DNA of 64,000 nucleotides, taken from contig CBDCOX010000002.1 of NCBI GenBank assembly GCA_965219995.1, positions 192,001 through 256,000 on the forward strand, read 5' to 3'. The DNA comes from Candidatus Latescibacterota bacterium. GTDB lineage: Bacteria; Latescibacterota; UBA2968; GCA-2709665. The notes beneath the pieces were generated by a model, which did not search any database, was not told where the DNA came from, and worked only from the letters and a program-made list of their open reading frames with translations. The position numbers and the translations under genes were made by a program. How positions within the stretch are numbered: the stretch's first letter is position 1; the number at the start of each line of letters is the position of its first letter. Of this stretch, positions 40,290 to 49,292 are shown one piece after another.

Positions 40290-41075
40290 TCACGTCTGTG
40301 ACGCCTGCCGGCAGGCTGCAACCAGTTCGCTGTGGGACGTGGTGTATCCTATATTGACTTCCGTATCGATGACGGCGGCCCGGGACAGGTCCAGATTTTC
40401 GGACGTGTCCGCGACTTCGATGGCGGTGGTGCAGTCTCTGATGAGGATGACGTCGTACCCGCGGTCTTTCATGGCCCTCATGCCGTAGTCCCTGAAGGGG
40501 ACGCACATGTTTGCGGCGAAGCCGGCGTAGAACAGGTGCAGGATCCCCCTGTGCTTCAGCAGGCGGTGCAGCTGGGCGCCGGTTACGACAACTTCGTCAC
40601 CGTCGCAAGGTTCGGCTTCGGGAATGATGCGGCGGTTCCTGATGGTGTCTTCGAACTCCTGATCGTGCGGGTCTTTCGGCTGTGCCCACGCTTCGTAGTC
40701 GCCCGTCCTCGAGCGGAATTCCGCGGGAGGCCAGTCATCGGGGGCCGGACCGGGGCGTCCGAAGACTTCGTCATCGCCCGCAAAGCGGGTCCACGCCTCA
40801 TAGCGTTTGGCGCAGTCCGGGCTGGGCGCGTGGATCACCGCGGCGTCGACCGATCGGAAGGCCTCCGCAACGGGAATGATGCGTTCAAGGGTGATGTCTC
40901 TCCCGCGCTTCAGGTGCGTGCTCACAAAGTGGTCGCTCCACACGTCCACCAGCACCAGTGCGATCCGGTCCGCAGGATAGTCTCGCCGCAGGGTCCGGAG
41001 ATGGAATTCGTCCTCGGTCACTTTGGCGCGCCGGGTGAGGTGATAGTACCGGACGTCCAGCCGGATGTTCTTCAT
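40290..41075 (-). CDS. Isochorismatase-family cysteine hydrolase
   Basis: ALVLVDVW, YAGFAANMCV (catalytic Cys), IRDCT. ATG at 41075. Confidence 0.8.
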   Translation of the reverse strand: MKNIRLDVRYYHLTRRAKVTEDEFHLRTLRRDYPADRIALVLVDVWSDHFVSTHLKRGRDITLERIIPVAEAFRSVDAAVIHAPSPDCAKRYEAWTRFAGDDEVFGRPGPAPDDWPPAEFRSRTGDYEAWAQPKDPHDQEFEDTIRNRRIIPEAEPCDGDEVVVTGAQLHRLLKHRGILHLFYAGFAANMCVPFRDYGMRAMKDRGYDVILIRDCTTAIEVADTSENLDLSRAAVIDTEVNIGYTTSHSELVAACRQASQT

Positions 41076-41269
41076 GGCGGACCTTTCGTTTCGGGGCGGA
41101 GATTTCGAACCGTTTTTCCGAATGTAATATGGCGAGGGTCGAACACCGGTGTCAAGGACAACCCGCGGCCCGGGGGGTTTCGGCGCCGCCGATCCGGCGT
41201 GTACGGGCGGCATTGGTTTTTGGAAGGTCAACTTAAAACAGCTTCTAAGAGAGGAAGGCGGCTTTCGGG

Positions 41270-42640
41270 ATGAAGAGAGAGCACATCTGGGCGCATCATG
41301 AGTGGGACGCAACGATCAACTGGAAGTTGATGGAAGGCGGCTACGCCAACATGCAGAGCGTGAAACCGGGGGAGGAAATCACCTTGCACATTTCGAGCTC
41401 ACGGTCGTACTACGAGATCTTCATCTTCCGGGAAGGCGCCAAACGGGAACTGGTCAAGACAATAGAGGGCCTGCGCGGGACGCTTCAGGAGGTTCCGGAA
41501 CTGGGCTATCGGGATGGCTACGGGTGGGCGCCGGCGGTGTCCTTCGTCATTCCGGATACGTGGAAGAGCGGAATTTATATCGCAACCTTCCCGACCGGAC
41601 AGGGGCTGCGCGAGATTTTCTTCGTGGTCCGTCCGAGGTCACCCGAATCTCCGATGTTGCTGACGGTTGCGACGAATACCTACCAGGCCTACAACAACGT
41701 GGGCGGCAAGTGCTTCTACGACTATATATCAACCGACCGGCAGCATGCCAAGCTGCTCAGTTTCGAACGCCCCCTTCAGATGGAGTGCCTGGGCAACTTC
41801 TACATCTGGGACCAGTTTTTCACCTCGTGGCTGGATGCGGAGGGGTACGGCGTCGATTATTGCGTGAACGGCGACCACGACGCGGAACCCGATATTCTGA
41901 ACGACTACCGGGCAAACGTGCGTTTCTGCCACGACGAATACAACAGCAGAAACGAGTGCGAACAGTTACAGCGTTTCGTTCAGAATGGAGGCAATCTCAT
42001 CCTGTTCGGCGGGAACTGTTTCTGCCAGGAAATCGAGCTGAGAAACCACGGCAGGCAGATTTATTGCGCAAAGCCCTACTATCACGATCATCCCACGCCC
42101 GAGCGTCCGGAAACGTCGTTTCTCTGCTTTCTGGACGACCTTCGCCAGCGCACGATCGGCGTGTTCTACACGTCGTTTGTCCACACGAAGACGTCAGATC
42201 CGAATGTTTTCCTGGCTCCCACGACCGGGGACTGGGGGTACTACCGCGTGTGCGACCCGGAACACTGGGTGTATGAGGGAACAGGGTTGGCCGAGGGGGA
42301 CGAATTCGGACGGGAGGACTCGATCGTCGGCGTGGAGGCGGACGCGGCGGACCTGAAATTCAATGACGGCCGGCCCGTGTACACGGGTGCGGACGGGGTA
42401 TCGCCGGAGTACAGGATCGTGGCGCTTGCGGATTGCATGACCCCCGACGGTCACCGTCTGGCGAAGGAAGGGGGGAAAGAGGGCGTTGCGCCGTGCTACG
42501 GCACGGTGGCCATCAATGAAACGGAGTTCGAGGGCACGGTCTTCAACGCCGCCACCATCGAATGGGCTCATGGGTTGTACCGTGATGAGAGCGTGGTGGC
42601 CGGGATTACCCGCAACGTTCTGGACAGGTTGGCGACGTAA
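41270..42640 (+). CDS. N,N-dimethylformamidase large-subunit family protein
   Basis: SVKPGE, WKSGIY, FVVRP, TYQAYN..GGKCFYDY, SFERP, HDEY, GGN, HWVYEGTGL, GTVFNAATIEW. Confidence 0.75.
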   Translation: MKREHIWAHHEWDATINWKLMEGGYANMQSVKPGEEITLHISSSRSYYEIFIFREGAKRELVKTIEGLRGTLQEVPELGYRDGYGWAPAVSFVIPDTWKSGIYIATFPTGQGLREIFFVVRPRSPESPMLLTVATNTYQAYNNVGGKCFYDYISTDRQHAKLLSFERPLQMECLGNFYIWDQFFTSWLDAEGYGVDYCVNGDHDAEPDILNDYRANVRFCHDEYNSRNECEQLQRFVQNGGNLILFGGNCFCQEIELRNHGRQIYCAKPYYHDHPTPERPETSFLCFLDDLRQRTIGVFYTSFVHTKTSDPNVFLAPTTGDWGYYRVCDPEHWVYEGTGLAEGDEFGREDSIVGVEADAADLKFNDGRPVYTGADGVSPEYRIVALADCMTPDGHRLAKEGGKEGVAPCYGTVAINETEFEGTVFNAATIEWAHGLYRDESVVAGITRNVLDRLAT

Positions 42641-42699
42641 CGGGACCGATCCGGTTTCTCACGGCAACACATGGAAACGCTTCGAACGGGGTACAGCCA

Positions 42700-44367
42700 A
42701 TGTCTGATGCGGGTGTGCGAATTCAATTGGACCTGAGCATCCCGATGAGAGACGGGGTGACGCTCTACGGCGCGGCATATCGGCCCGCGCACGGCGAGTG
42801 CTTTCCCGTTCTGCTGATCCGGTCGCCCTACAGTACCGAGCATCCCAGATACGTGGACTGGGCGGTCCGGTTCGCGAGGTCCGGCTACGCGGTGATCATG
42901 GTGGACAGCAGGGGGCGGTACGAATCGGAAGGGGAGTGGCGGGCCTATGCGGACGAAGCTCGCGACGGCTACGACACGCAACAATGGATCGGGGCGCAGG
43001 CATGGTGCGACGGGAATATCGGGATGTTCGGGATTTCCTATCCGGGCTTCACCCAGATTCTGCCGGCCCCGTTCCGGAGCCCCTTCGTCAAGGGGCTGAT
43101 GCCCATCGCAAACCAGGAGGACAACTACGGTCACCTGCGCTACAATGGTCTCCTTCAGCTGCAGAATGCGATGAACTGGATCTGGCTCGGAGGACGGACC
43201 AACCAGAACGCGCCGCGGGAACTGCTGGACTGGGAACGCATCTACCGCCGGCTGCCGCTGATCTCGGCAATGGACGGCATCGCGGAACGGCCTTTTTTCA
43301 GAGAGGTGGTCCGGCACGGCGAATTCGACGAATTCTGGTCGTCAACCAGCATGAAAGGCCGGTACCGGGAAGTGAACGCGCCGGCCTATTTCGTCACGGG
43401 ATGGTACGACAATCTCGTCCACGAGGGCTTCAAGTGTTTTCGCGGCTGGCGTACGGAGCCGGCAGACGCCCGGACCCGAACGTTGACCCGCCTGTTGGTC
43501 GGGCCGTGGACGCATTCGCAGATCGGGAGCGCGGAGCCGTACGGGGACATCGATTTCGGATCGAATGCCGCGGTGGATATTCCCGGCGAACACCTGCGCT
43601 GGTACGACCGGCGGCTGCGCGGAATCGATACGGGGATCGACGAGGAGCCGCCCGTCAGGATCTTTGTGATGGGCCGGAATTCCTGGCGGTGGGAAAACGA
43701 GTGGCCGCTGGCGCGAACGAAATACACGGCGTACTATCTCCACAGCGGCGGCCGCGCCAATACTTCGTTCGGCGATGGAACGCTCAGCCGTGAAGCGCCG
43801 GGGGACGAGCCCGCGGACCGGTTCGACTACGATCCGGAGGATCCGGTGACCACCGTGGGCGGGCAGAGCATGTTTTCCGCCAACACGGGTCCCCGGGACC
43901 GGCGGGGCCTGGAAACCCGCGAGGACGTGCTGGTATACACAACGGAAGCCCTGACGTCGGACGTGGAGGTGACCGGCCCCGTGGAACTCACCCTGTTCGC
44001 CGCATCGGATGCGCGCGATACGGACTTTACGGCCACCCTGGTCGACGTGTATCCCGATGGCGCGGCGATCCACATTACGGAGGGCATCGTGCGGGCCCGT
44101 TACCGAGAATCTTTTCGCAGGCCGAGTCCGATCCGTCCGGGGGCGGTGGTGGAATACCGGATCGTACTCTGGGAGACGAGTAATCTGTTCAAGGCCGGCC
44201 ATCGGATCAGGCTGGAAGTCTCCAGCAGCAACTTTCCCCGTTTCGACCGGAATCTCAACACCGGCAATACCCCCGGCCTGGACGACGAAATGAGAGTCGC
44301 CCGTCAGACGATCCATCACAGCGGCCAATATGTCTCCTTTCTGCGTCTCCCGGTCATTCCCCAATGA
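42700..44367 (+). CDS. CocE/NonD family serine hydrolase
   Basis: PMRDGVTL, RSPY, RGRYESEG, GISYPG nucleophile, GWYD, GPWTH, SSSNFPRFDRN. Confidence 0.92.
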   Translation: MSDAGVRIQLDLSIPMRDGVTLYGAAYRPAHGECFPVLLIRSPYSTEHPRYVDWAVRFARSGYAVIMVDSRGRYESEGEWRAYADEARDGYDTQQWIGAQAWCDGNIGMFGISYPGFTQILPAPFRSPFVKGLMPIANQEDNYGHLRYNGLLQLQNAMNWIWLGGRTNQNAPRELLDWERIYRRLPLISAMDGIAERPFFREVVRHGEFDEFWSSTSMKGRYREVNAPAYFVTGWYDNLVHEGFKCFRGWRTEPADARTRTLTRLLVGPWTHSQIGSAEPYGDIDFGSNAAVDIPGEHLRWYDRRLRGIDTGIDEEPPVRIFVMGRNSWRWENEWPLARTKYTAYYLHSGGRANTSFGDGTLSREAPGDEPADRFDYDPEDPVTTVGGQSMFSANTGPRDRRGLETREDVLVYTTEALTSDVEVTGPVELTLFAASDARDTDFTATLVDVYPDGAAIHITEGIVRARYRESFRRPSPIRPGAVVEYRIVLWETSNLFKAGHRIRLEVSSSNFPRFDRNLNTGNTPGLDDEMRVARQTIHHSGQYVSFLRLPVIPQ

Positions 44368-46463
44368 ATCGGACTTCATATCGAATCGGCGCCGACGTTG
44401 GCGGAACCTTCACGGATGTCATCCTCATGGACGGCGAGGGGAATATATGGACCCACAAGATCCCCTCGACGCCGCCGGACTTCGAGCAGGCCGTGCTGGA
44501 CGCCATCGCCCGCCTGCTGGGAGATTCCGGCATCCCGGGCGGAGAGATCGGTGATGTCTCCCACGGGACCACCGTGGCGACGAATGCGGTCCTGGAGCGG
44601 CGGGGCGCCAGGACCGCGCTGATTACCACGCGCGGATTCCGGGACGTTCTGGAACTGAGGCGCATCAGGGCGCCGCAGATGTACGATCTGTTCTTCGACA
44701 AGCCTGAACCGCTGGTGGCCCGGTATCTCAGGTTCGAGGTGACCGAACGCTTTGCCGCGAATGGTGACGTTCTGGCGCCCCTGGACGAGGCGGACCTCAA
44801 GGCGGTCATCTCAGCGCTGGAGAAGGAAAGGGTGGAGTCGATTGCGGTCTGCACGCTTCACTCGTACGCGTATCCCGAGCATGAACACGCAATTGGCCGG
44901 TGTCTCGAAGGCGCGTGTCCCGGTGTACCGGTGTCTCTCTCGACGGAGATTCTGCCGGAGCGGCGGGAGTACGAACGAACGGCAACCACGGTGCTGAATG
45001 CGTACGTGCGTCCGGTGATGCAGCGTTATCTCACGGCGATGCGGGATGGGCTGAGTGAGCAGGGCATTCTGGCGCCGGTGCTGATCATGCAGTCCGCCGG
45101 GGGACTGACGCCTGAAGCCGACGCGGCGCGGCGTCCGGTGTACGTTCTCGAGTCGGGACCCGCGGCCGGCGTTTTCGCCGCCCGTTCCGCCGGCGAGCAA
45201 CTGGAAATCGACGACCTCATCACGTTCGATATGGGAGGCACCACTGCCAAGGCGTCCATCATCGAGAATGGCGAAATCTCCTACAGCCCGGAATACGAGG
45301 TCGGCGCGTCCGTATCGGCCGGAAACCGGCTGGTGGGCGGAGGCGGGGAGCTGATCCGCGCGCCCAGCATCGATATCGCGGAGGTGGGATCGGGCGGCGG
45401 CAGCGTGGCCTGGCTGGATGGGGCCGGCGGGTTGCGGGTGGGGCCAAGAAGCGCGGGCGCGGTTCCGGGCCCCGCATGTTACGGCCGGGGAGGTACGGAG
45501 CCCACAGTGACCGACGCGAATGTGGTGCTCGGATATATCCGGCCGGGCGAATTGGCCGACGGGGAGGTCTCCGTAGACCTTGAGGCGGCGAGAAGGATCG
45601 TCCACGACCGGATCGCGGGTCCGCTGGGCATGGACCTGCTCGAAGCGGCCGAGGGCATACACCGCATTGCCAATGCCCGGTGTATGCGAGCGCTTCGGTC
45701 CGTGTCCACCGAGCGGGGCCGCGATCCAAGGGCGTTCGCTTTGATCGCCTTCGGCGGGTCCGGTCCGATTCATGCAGCCGGGCTGGCCAAAGAGCTCCTC
45801 AGCCCCAGGGTGATCGTACCTCCGCTGCCGGGGCTGTTCAGCGCGCTGGGGCTGCTGTTTTCCGGCGTTGAACATCATGAAATATACAGTTGTCTGCTCT
45901 CCGGCGACGGACTGAGCGCCGGGGCGCTCGGCGGCATCCAGACGGACCTGAAACAGAAAATGCTGGCCAGGTTCGGGGCAGAGGGGTATTCCGCCGAACA
46001 GGTGGCGTTGTACGACAGTGTCGACGTGCGTTTCAGAGGCCAGGCGTCCGAAATCCGGATTCCGGTGCCGGAGTCACCGGCGACGGACGCAGCTATTGGT
46101 CGTCTGCGCGGAGCGTTTGAACGCGCCCATCGGCAGATGTACGGACATTCGTCGGACCCGGACAATCCGGTCGAGGTGGTTGCCGTTCGTCTGATCGGCA
46201 GAACCGCCCGCCGCGACGCAAGTGGCCGGATGCGCGCCATGCGGCGCAGCGGGCCGGGCACCTCGGCGCGTCGGGCGTATTTCGGAAAGGCCTGGGGGAC
46301 CGTGGAAACGCCCGTGATCGAACGAGCGGATCTGACTGCGCCGCGGGTCGGGCCCCTGCTGATCGATGAATACGACTCCACAATCGTGGTGCCGCCGGAA
46401 ATGCGGGCGTATCGGGACCGGCAGGATTACCTGATTCTGGAAGCCGCCGGGGGGCAGGGATAA
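44364..46463 (+). CDS. Hydantoinase A/5-oxoprolinase ATP-binding subunit
   Basis: DVGGTFTD, HGTTVATNA, EYER, SGPAAG, DMGGTT, GPRSAGAVPGPACYG, FGGSG. Confidence 0.93.
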   Translation: MNRTSYRIGADVGGTFTDVILMDGEGNIWTHKIPSTPPDFEQAVLDAIARLLGDSGIPGGEIGDVSHGTTVATNAVLERRGARTALITTRGFRDVLELRRIRAPQMYDLFFDKPEPLVARYLRFEVTERFAANGDVLAPLDEADLKAVISALEKERVESIAVCTLHSYAYPEHEHAIGRCLEGACPGVPVSLSTEILPERREYERTATTVLNAYVRPVMQRYLTAMRDGLSEQGILAPVLIMQSAGGLTPEADAARRPVYVLESGPAAGVFAARSAGEQLEIDDLITFDMGGTTAKASIIENGEISYSPEYEVGASVSAGNRLVGGGGELIRAPSIDIAEVGSGGGSVAWLDGAGGLRVGPRSAGAVPGPACYGRGGTEPTVTDANVVLGYIRPGELADGEVSVDLEAARRIVHDRIAGPLGMDLLEAAEGIHRIANARCMRALRSVSTERGRDPRAFALIAFGGSGPIHAAGLAKELLSPRVIVPPLPGLFSALGLLFSGVEHHEIYSCLLSGDGLSAGALGGIQTDLKQKMLARFGAEGYSAEQVALYDSVDVRFRGQASEIRIPVPESPATDAAIGRLRGAFERAHRQMYGHSSDPDNPVEVVAVRLIGRTARRDASGRMRAMRRSGPGTSARRAYFGKAWGTVETPVIERADLTAPRVGPLLIDEYDSTIVVPPEMRAYRDRQDYLILEAAGGQG

Positions 46464-46495
46464 GCCGCGGCGCCGCCGGGAAGGTCGATGGCACG

Positions 46496-48250
46496 ATGAC
46501 GGAAATAGACCCGATCACGCGTGAGATCATGCAGAATGCACTGGCTGCGGCCGCCGACGAAATGAGCGCCGCGCTGTATCGCACGGCCTATTCCACCATC
46601 GTGCGCGACTGCCTGGACTACTCCACGTCGCTGTGCAGTGCGGATGGCCAGATGATCGCGCAGGGCGTCACGATACCACTGCATCTGGGATCTGTCCCGT
46701 ATGCTCTGAATGCGCTGCTCGAGCGGTTCGGCGATGACATCAACCCCGGCGACGTGTTCATCCTGAACGATCCGTTCGACGGCGGGATGCACATTCCGGA
46801 CATCTTTATCGTACAACCGGTCTTCTGGAACGGTGAGCGGGTGGCTTTTGCGGTGAGTACGGCGCACCATCTGGATCTGGGCGGACGCCTTCCCGGCAGT
46901 TCCGCCTGCGACAACACGGAGATCTTTCAGGAAGGGTTTCGCATTCCGTGGCTGAAGCTCTATCGCCGGGGCGAGCCCGACGAGTCCATATTTTCCCTGA
47001 TCCGTGCGAACGTGCGCGTGCCCCAGATGACGATCGGGGATATCAGGGCGCAGTTGGCGGCCTGCCATATGGGGGAACGGGCGGTGCATGCGCTGATCGA
47101 GCGGTACGGATCCGGGACGTTTCTGGCGTGCGCGCAGGATCTGATCGACTATACGGAACGGCTGGTTCGTGCGGAGATTGCTTCGTGGCCCGATGGCTCC
47201 CATACCTTTACCGATTTCCTGGACAGCGACGGGGTGGGCGGGCCCAGGGTGCGGATCCGGGTGACCGTAACCGTGCGGGGAGACTCGCTCACGGCCGATT
47301 TCACGGGGACGGACCCCCAGGTTCGCGGCGCCGTCAACAGTACGCTCTCGTTTACCGCGGCCGTCGTGGCCCTTTGCGTGCGCGCCGTAATGCGGGAGGA
47401 GATTCCGAATACGGAAGGGATGTTCCGGCCGCTGGAGATCATCGCGCCCGAGGGTACGCTCGTGAACGTGAGGATGCCGGGCGCGTCGTCGATGCGCGGC
47501 GTGACCGGGTTCCGGATGACGGACGTCGTGTTCGGGGCGCTGGCCGGGCTGCTGCCCGACCGTGTGCCGGCCGCCGGCGAAGGCGGCAACACGCTGGTCA
47601 TCATCGGCGGACAGCGGCAGGACCGGTCGCCTTACGTCTATTATGAGTTGCTCTCCGGGACATGGGGGGCGCGGCCGGACAGGGACGGAAACGACGGACT
47701 GTGCAATCCGGCCAACGTGGCCAGCAATATACCCGTTGAACAGGCCGAATGCGAATATCCCGTGAGAATCGACCGGTACGGACTGGTCCGCGACAGCGGC
47801 GGTGCGGGCAAGTACCGGGGCGGATTGGCGATCGAGCGGGAGTGGACGCTGCTTTCGGGAGAAGCGCATCTGGCAATCCGGTCCGATCGACGAGACCATC
47901 TGCCCTACGGATTGTGCGGGGGCCAACCGGCGACGGGGTCGACAAACGTGCTCTATGACAGCGACGGCGGCGAGGAGTTGCCGACGATGATTTCGACGAC
48001 GATGGGGGCCGGAGAGCGGATCTACCACCGGCAGGCGGGCGGCGGGGGATGGGGAAATCCGATGGAACGGGACCCGGGGGCGGTCGCGCGGGACGTGAAA
48101 AACGGGAAGGTGTCGGTGGACCGGGCGCGGGAGCAGTACGGCGTGGTGATCGAAAGCGGGACGCTGGCGGTCAACGAGACGGAAACAGGGAAGGCGCGGC
48201 GGAGGATGGCGCCGCCCGGTACCGTGTCCGAAGGCGGCGACGTGGGTTGA
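46496..48250 (+). CDS. Hydantoinase B/oxoprolinase subunit
   Basis: HLGS, NDPFDGGMHIPD, HHLDLGG, QEG, SGGAGKYRGG, GGGGWGNP. Confidence 0.93.
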   Translation: MTEIDPITREIMQNALAAAADEMSAALYRTAYSTIVRDCLDYSTSLCSADGQMIAQGVTIPLHLGSVPYALNALLERFGDDINPGDVFILNDPFDGGMHIPDIFIVQPVFWNGERVAFAVSTAHHLDLGGRLPGSSACDNTEIFQEGFRIPWLKLYRRGEPDESIFSLIRANVRVPQMTIGDIRAQLAACHMGERAVHALIERYGSGTFLACAQDLIDYTERLVRAEIASWPDGSHTFTDFLDSDGVGGPRVRIRVTVTVRGDSLTADFTGTDPQVRGAVNSTLSFTAAVVALCVRAVMREEIPNTEGMFRPLEIIAPEGTLVNVRMPGASSMRGVTGFRMTDVVFGALAGLLPDRVPAAGEGGNTLVIIGGQRQDRSPYVYYELLSGTWGARPDRDGNDGLCNPANVASNIPVEQAECEYPVRIDRYGLVRDSGGAGKYRGGLAIEREWTLLSGEAHLAIRSDRRDHLPYGLCGGQPATGSTNVLYDSDGGEELPTMISTTMGAGERIYHRQAGGGGWGNPMERDPGAVARDVKNGKVSVDRAREQYGVVIESGTLAVNETETGKARRRMAPPGTVSEGGDVG

Positions 48251-48275
48251 CTCGGGCGCGGAATGGTGGTATATT
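48247..48275 (+). promoter_or_regulatory. Putative sigma70 promoter for the ankyrin gene
   Basis: TTGACT-17 nt-TATATT with TG extension. Confidence 0.6.
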
Positions 48276-48324
48276 TGGATTGAGGCTGGCGGAAGATCTG
48301 ATGACGTTAATCAGGAGGTGTCCT

Positions 48325-49170
48325 ATGTCCCGAAAAATCAATCAGTTCATTCTGGTTCTTCTGTTGTTCGGGTTCGCGGGCTGCAGCGCCCCGCTGACGG
48401 AGTTGTCGCGGCGCGGAGACGCCAGGGGCGTTCAGCGGGCCCTCGAACGCGGACGCGACGTAAACGCAAGGACGCCGCAGGGCCACAGCCCGCTGACGCT
48501 GGCATCCAGAGAGGGTCACCTGGAGGTCGTTCTCGACCTGCTCCGGGCCGGCGCGGACGTCCACGCCGTGGCCTGGACCGTAGGCGCCCACACCATTGAA
48601 AGCCAGGACCGACACGGCGGCTACGCGTTCATCAGGGAACGGTACGTCAATCCCGACAGTTCCGGCCCGCAGTCCAGATTCATGGCGCAGCGTACGCGCG
48701 GCTCGGCCGGCTGGGTGCTCAGAGACGGGAAGACAGCGCTGATGCTGGCTGCCGAGGCGGGTCACGAGGACGTGGTCCAGGCGCTGGTCGAGGGCGGCGC
48801 CGACCTGTTTGCGACCAGCGGCGGTGAAGTCGTGACCGCGGGAATGCCTTCGTTCAAGGATTACGATGCGTATATCTCCGGATATACCGGCGCGCAACCC
48901 GAAGACATCGGCCGCGAAGAGGATAAACATGGCGGCAGTTACTACGGGCCCGAGCACGGCCGTGTTCTCTATTACGATATTGTCCATTCCTATCCCGAGC
49001 GTCCTTCCTGGTCGATCGGCGGAAGCACGGCGCTGGACCTCGCGTACCGGAACGGACACAAAAAGACCATCGAGTTTCTCCTGGAAGCCGGCGCGGGAAT
49101 GACACCGTCGAAACTGAATCAGAATCCTCCAACGTCCGGTGAAGAGGCGACCGATGTCTCTGAGGATTAA
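48325..49170 (+). CDS. Ankyrin-repeat lipoprotein
   Basis: AGGAGG RBS, lipobox FAGC, repeats GHSPLTLASREGH, GKTALMLAAEAGH, GSTALDLAYRNGH. Confidence 0.85.
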   Translation: MSRKINQFILVLLLFGFAGCSAPLTELSRRGDARGVQRALERGRDVNARTPQGHSPLTLASREGHLEVVLDLLRAGADVHAVAWTVGAHTIESQDRHGGYAFIRERYVNPDSSGPQSRFMAQRTRGSAGWVLRDGKTALMLAAEAGHEDVVQALVEGGADLFATSGGEVVTAGMPSFKDYDAYISGYTGAQPEDIGREEDKHGGSYYGPEHGRVLYYDIVHSYPERPSWSIGGSTALDLAYRNGHKKTIEFLLEAGAGMTPSKLNQNPPTSGEEATDVSED

Positions 49171-49292
49171 CCGTTTCAGAACTGGTTCCTGAAGCGTTCT
49201 TGTCCGTTGGATATTCGGTCTCGTAACAGTACATCCTTGCGAGACCGTTTTTGTATCGGTGTATCTGGATTCCGTAATAACGTGAAGCCATC

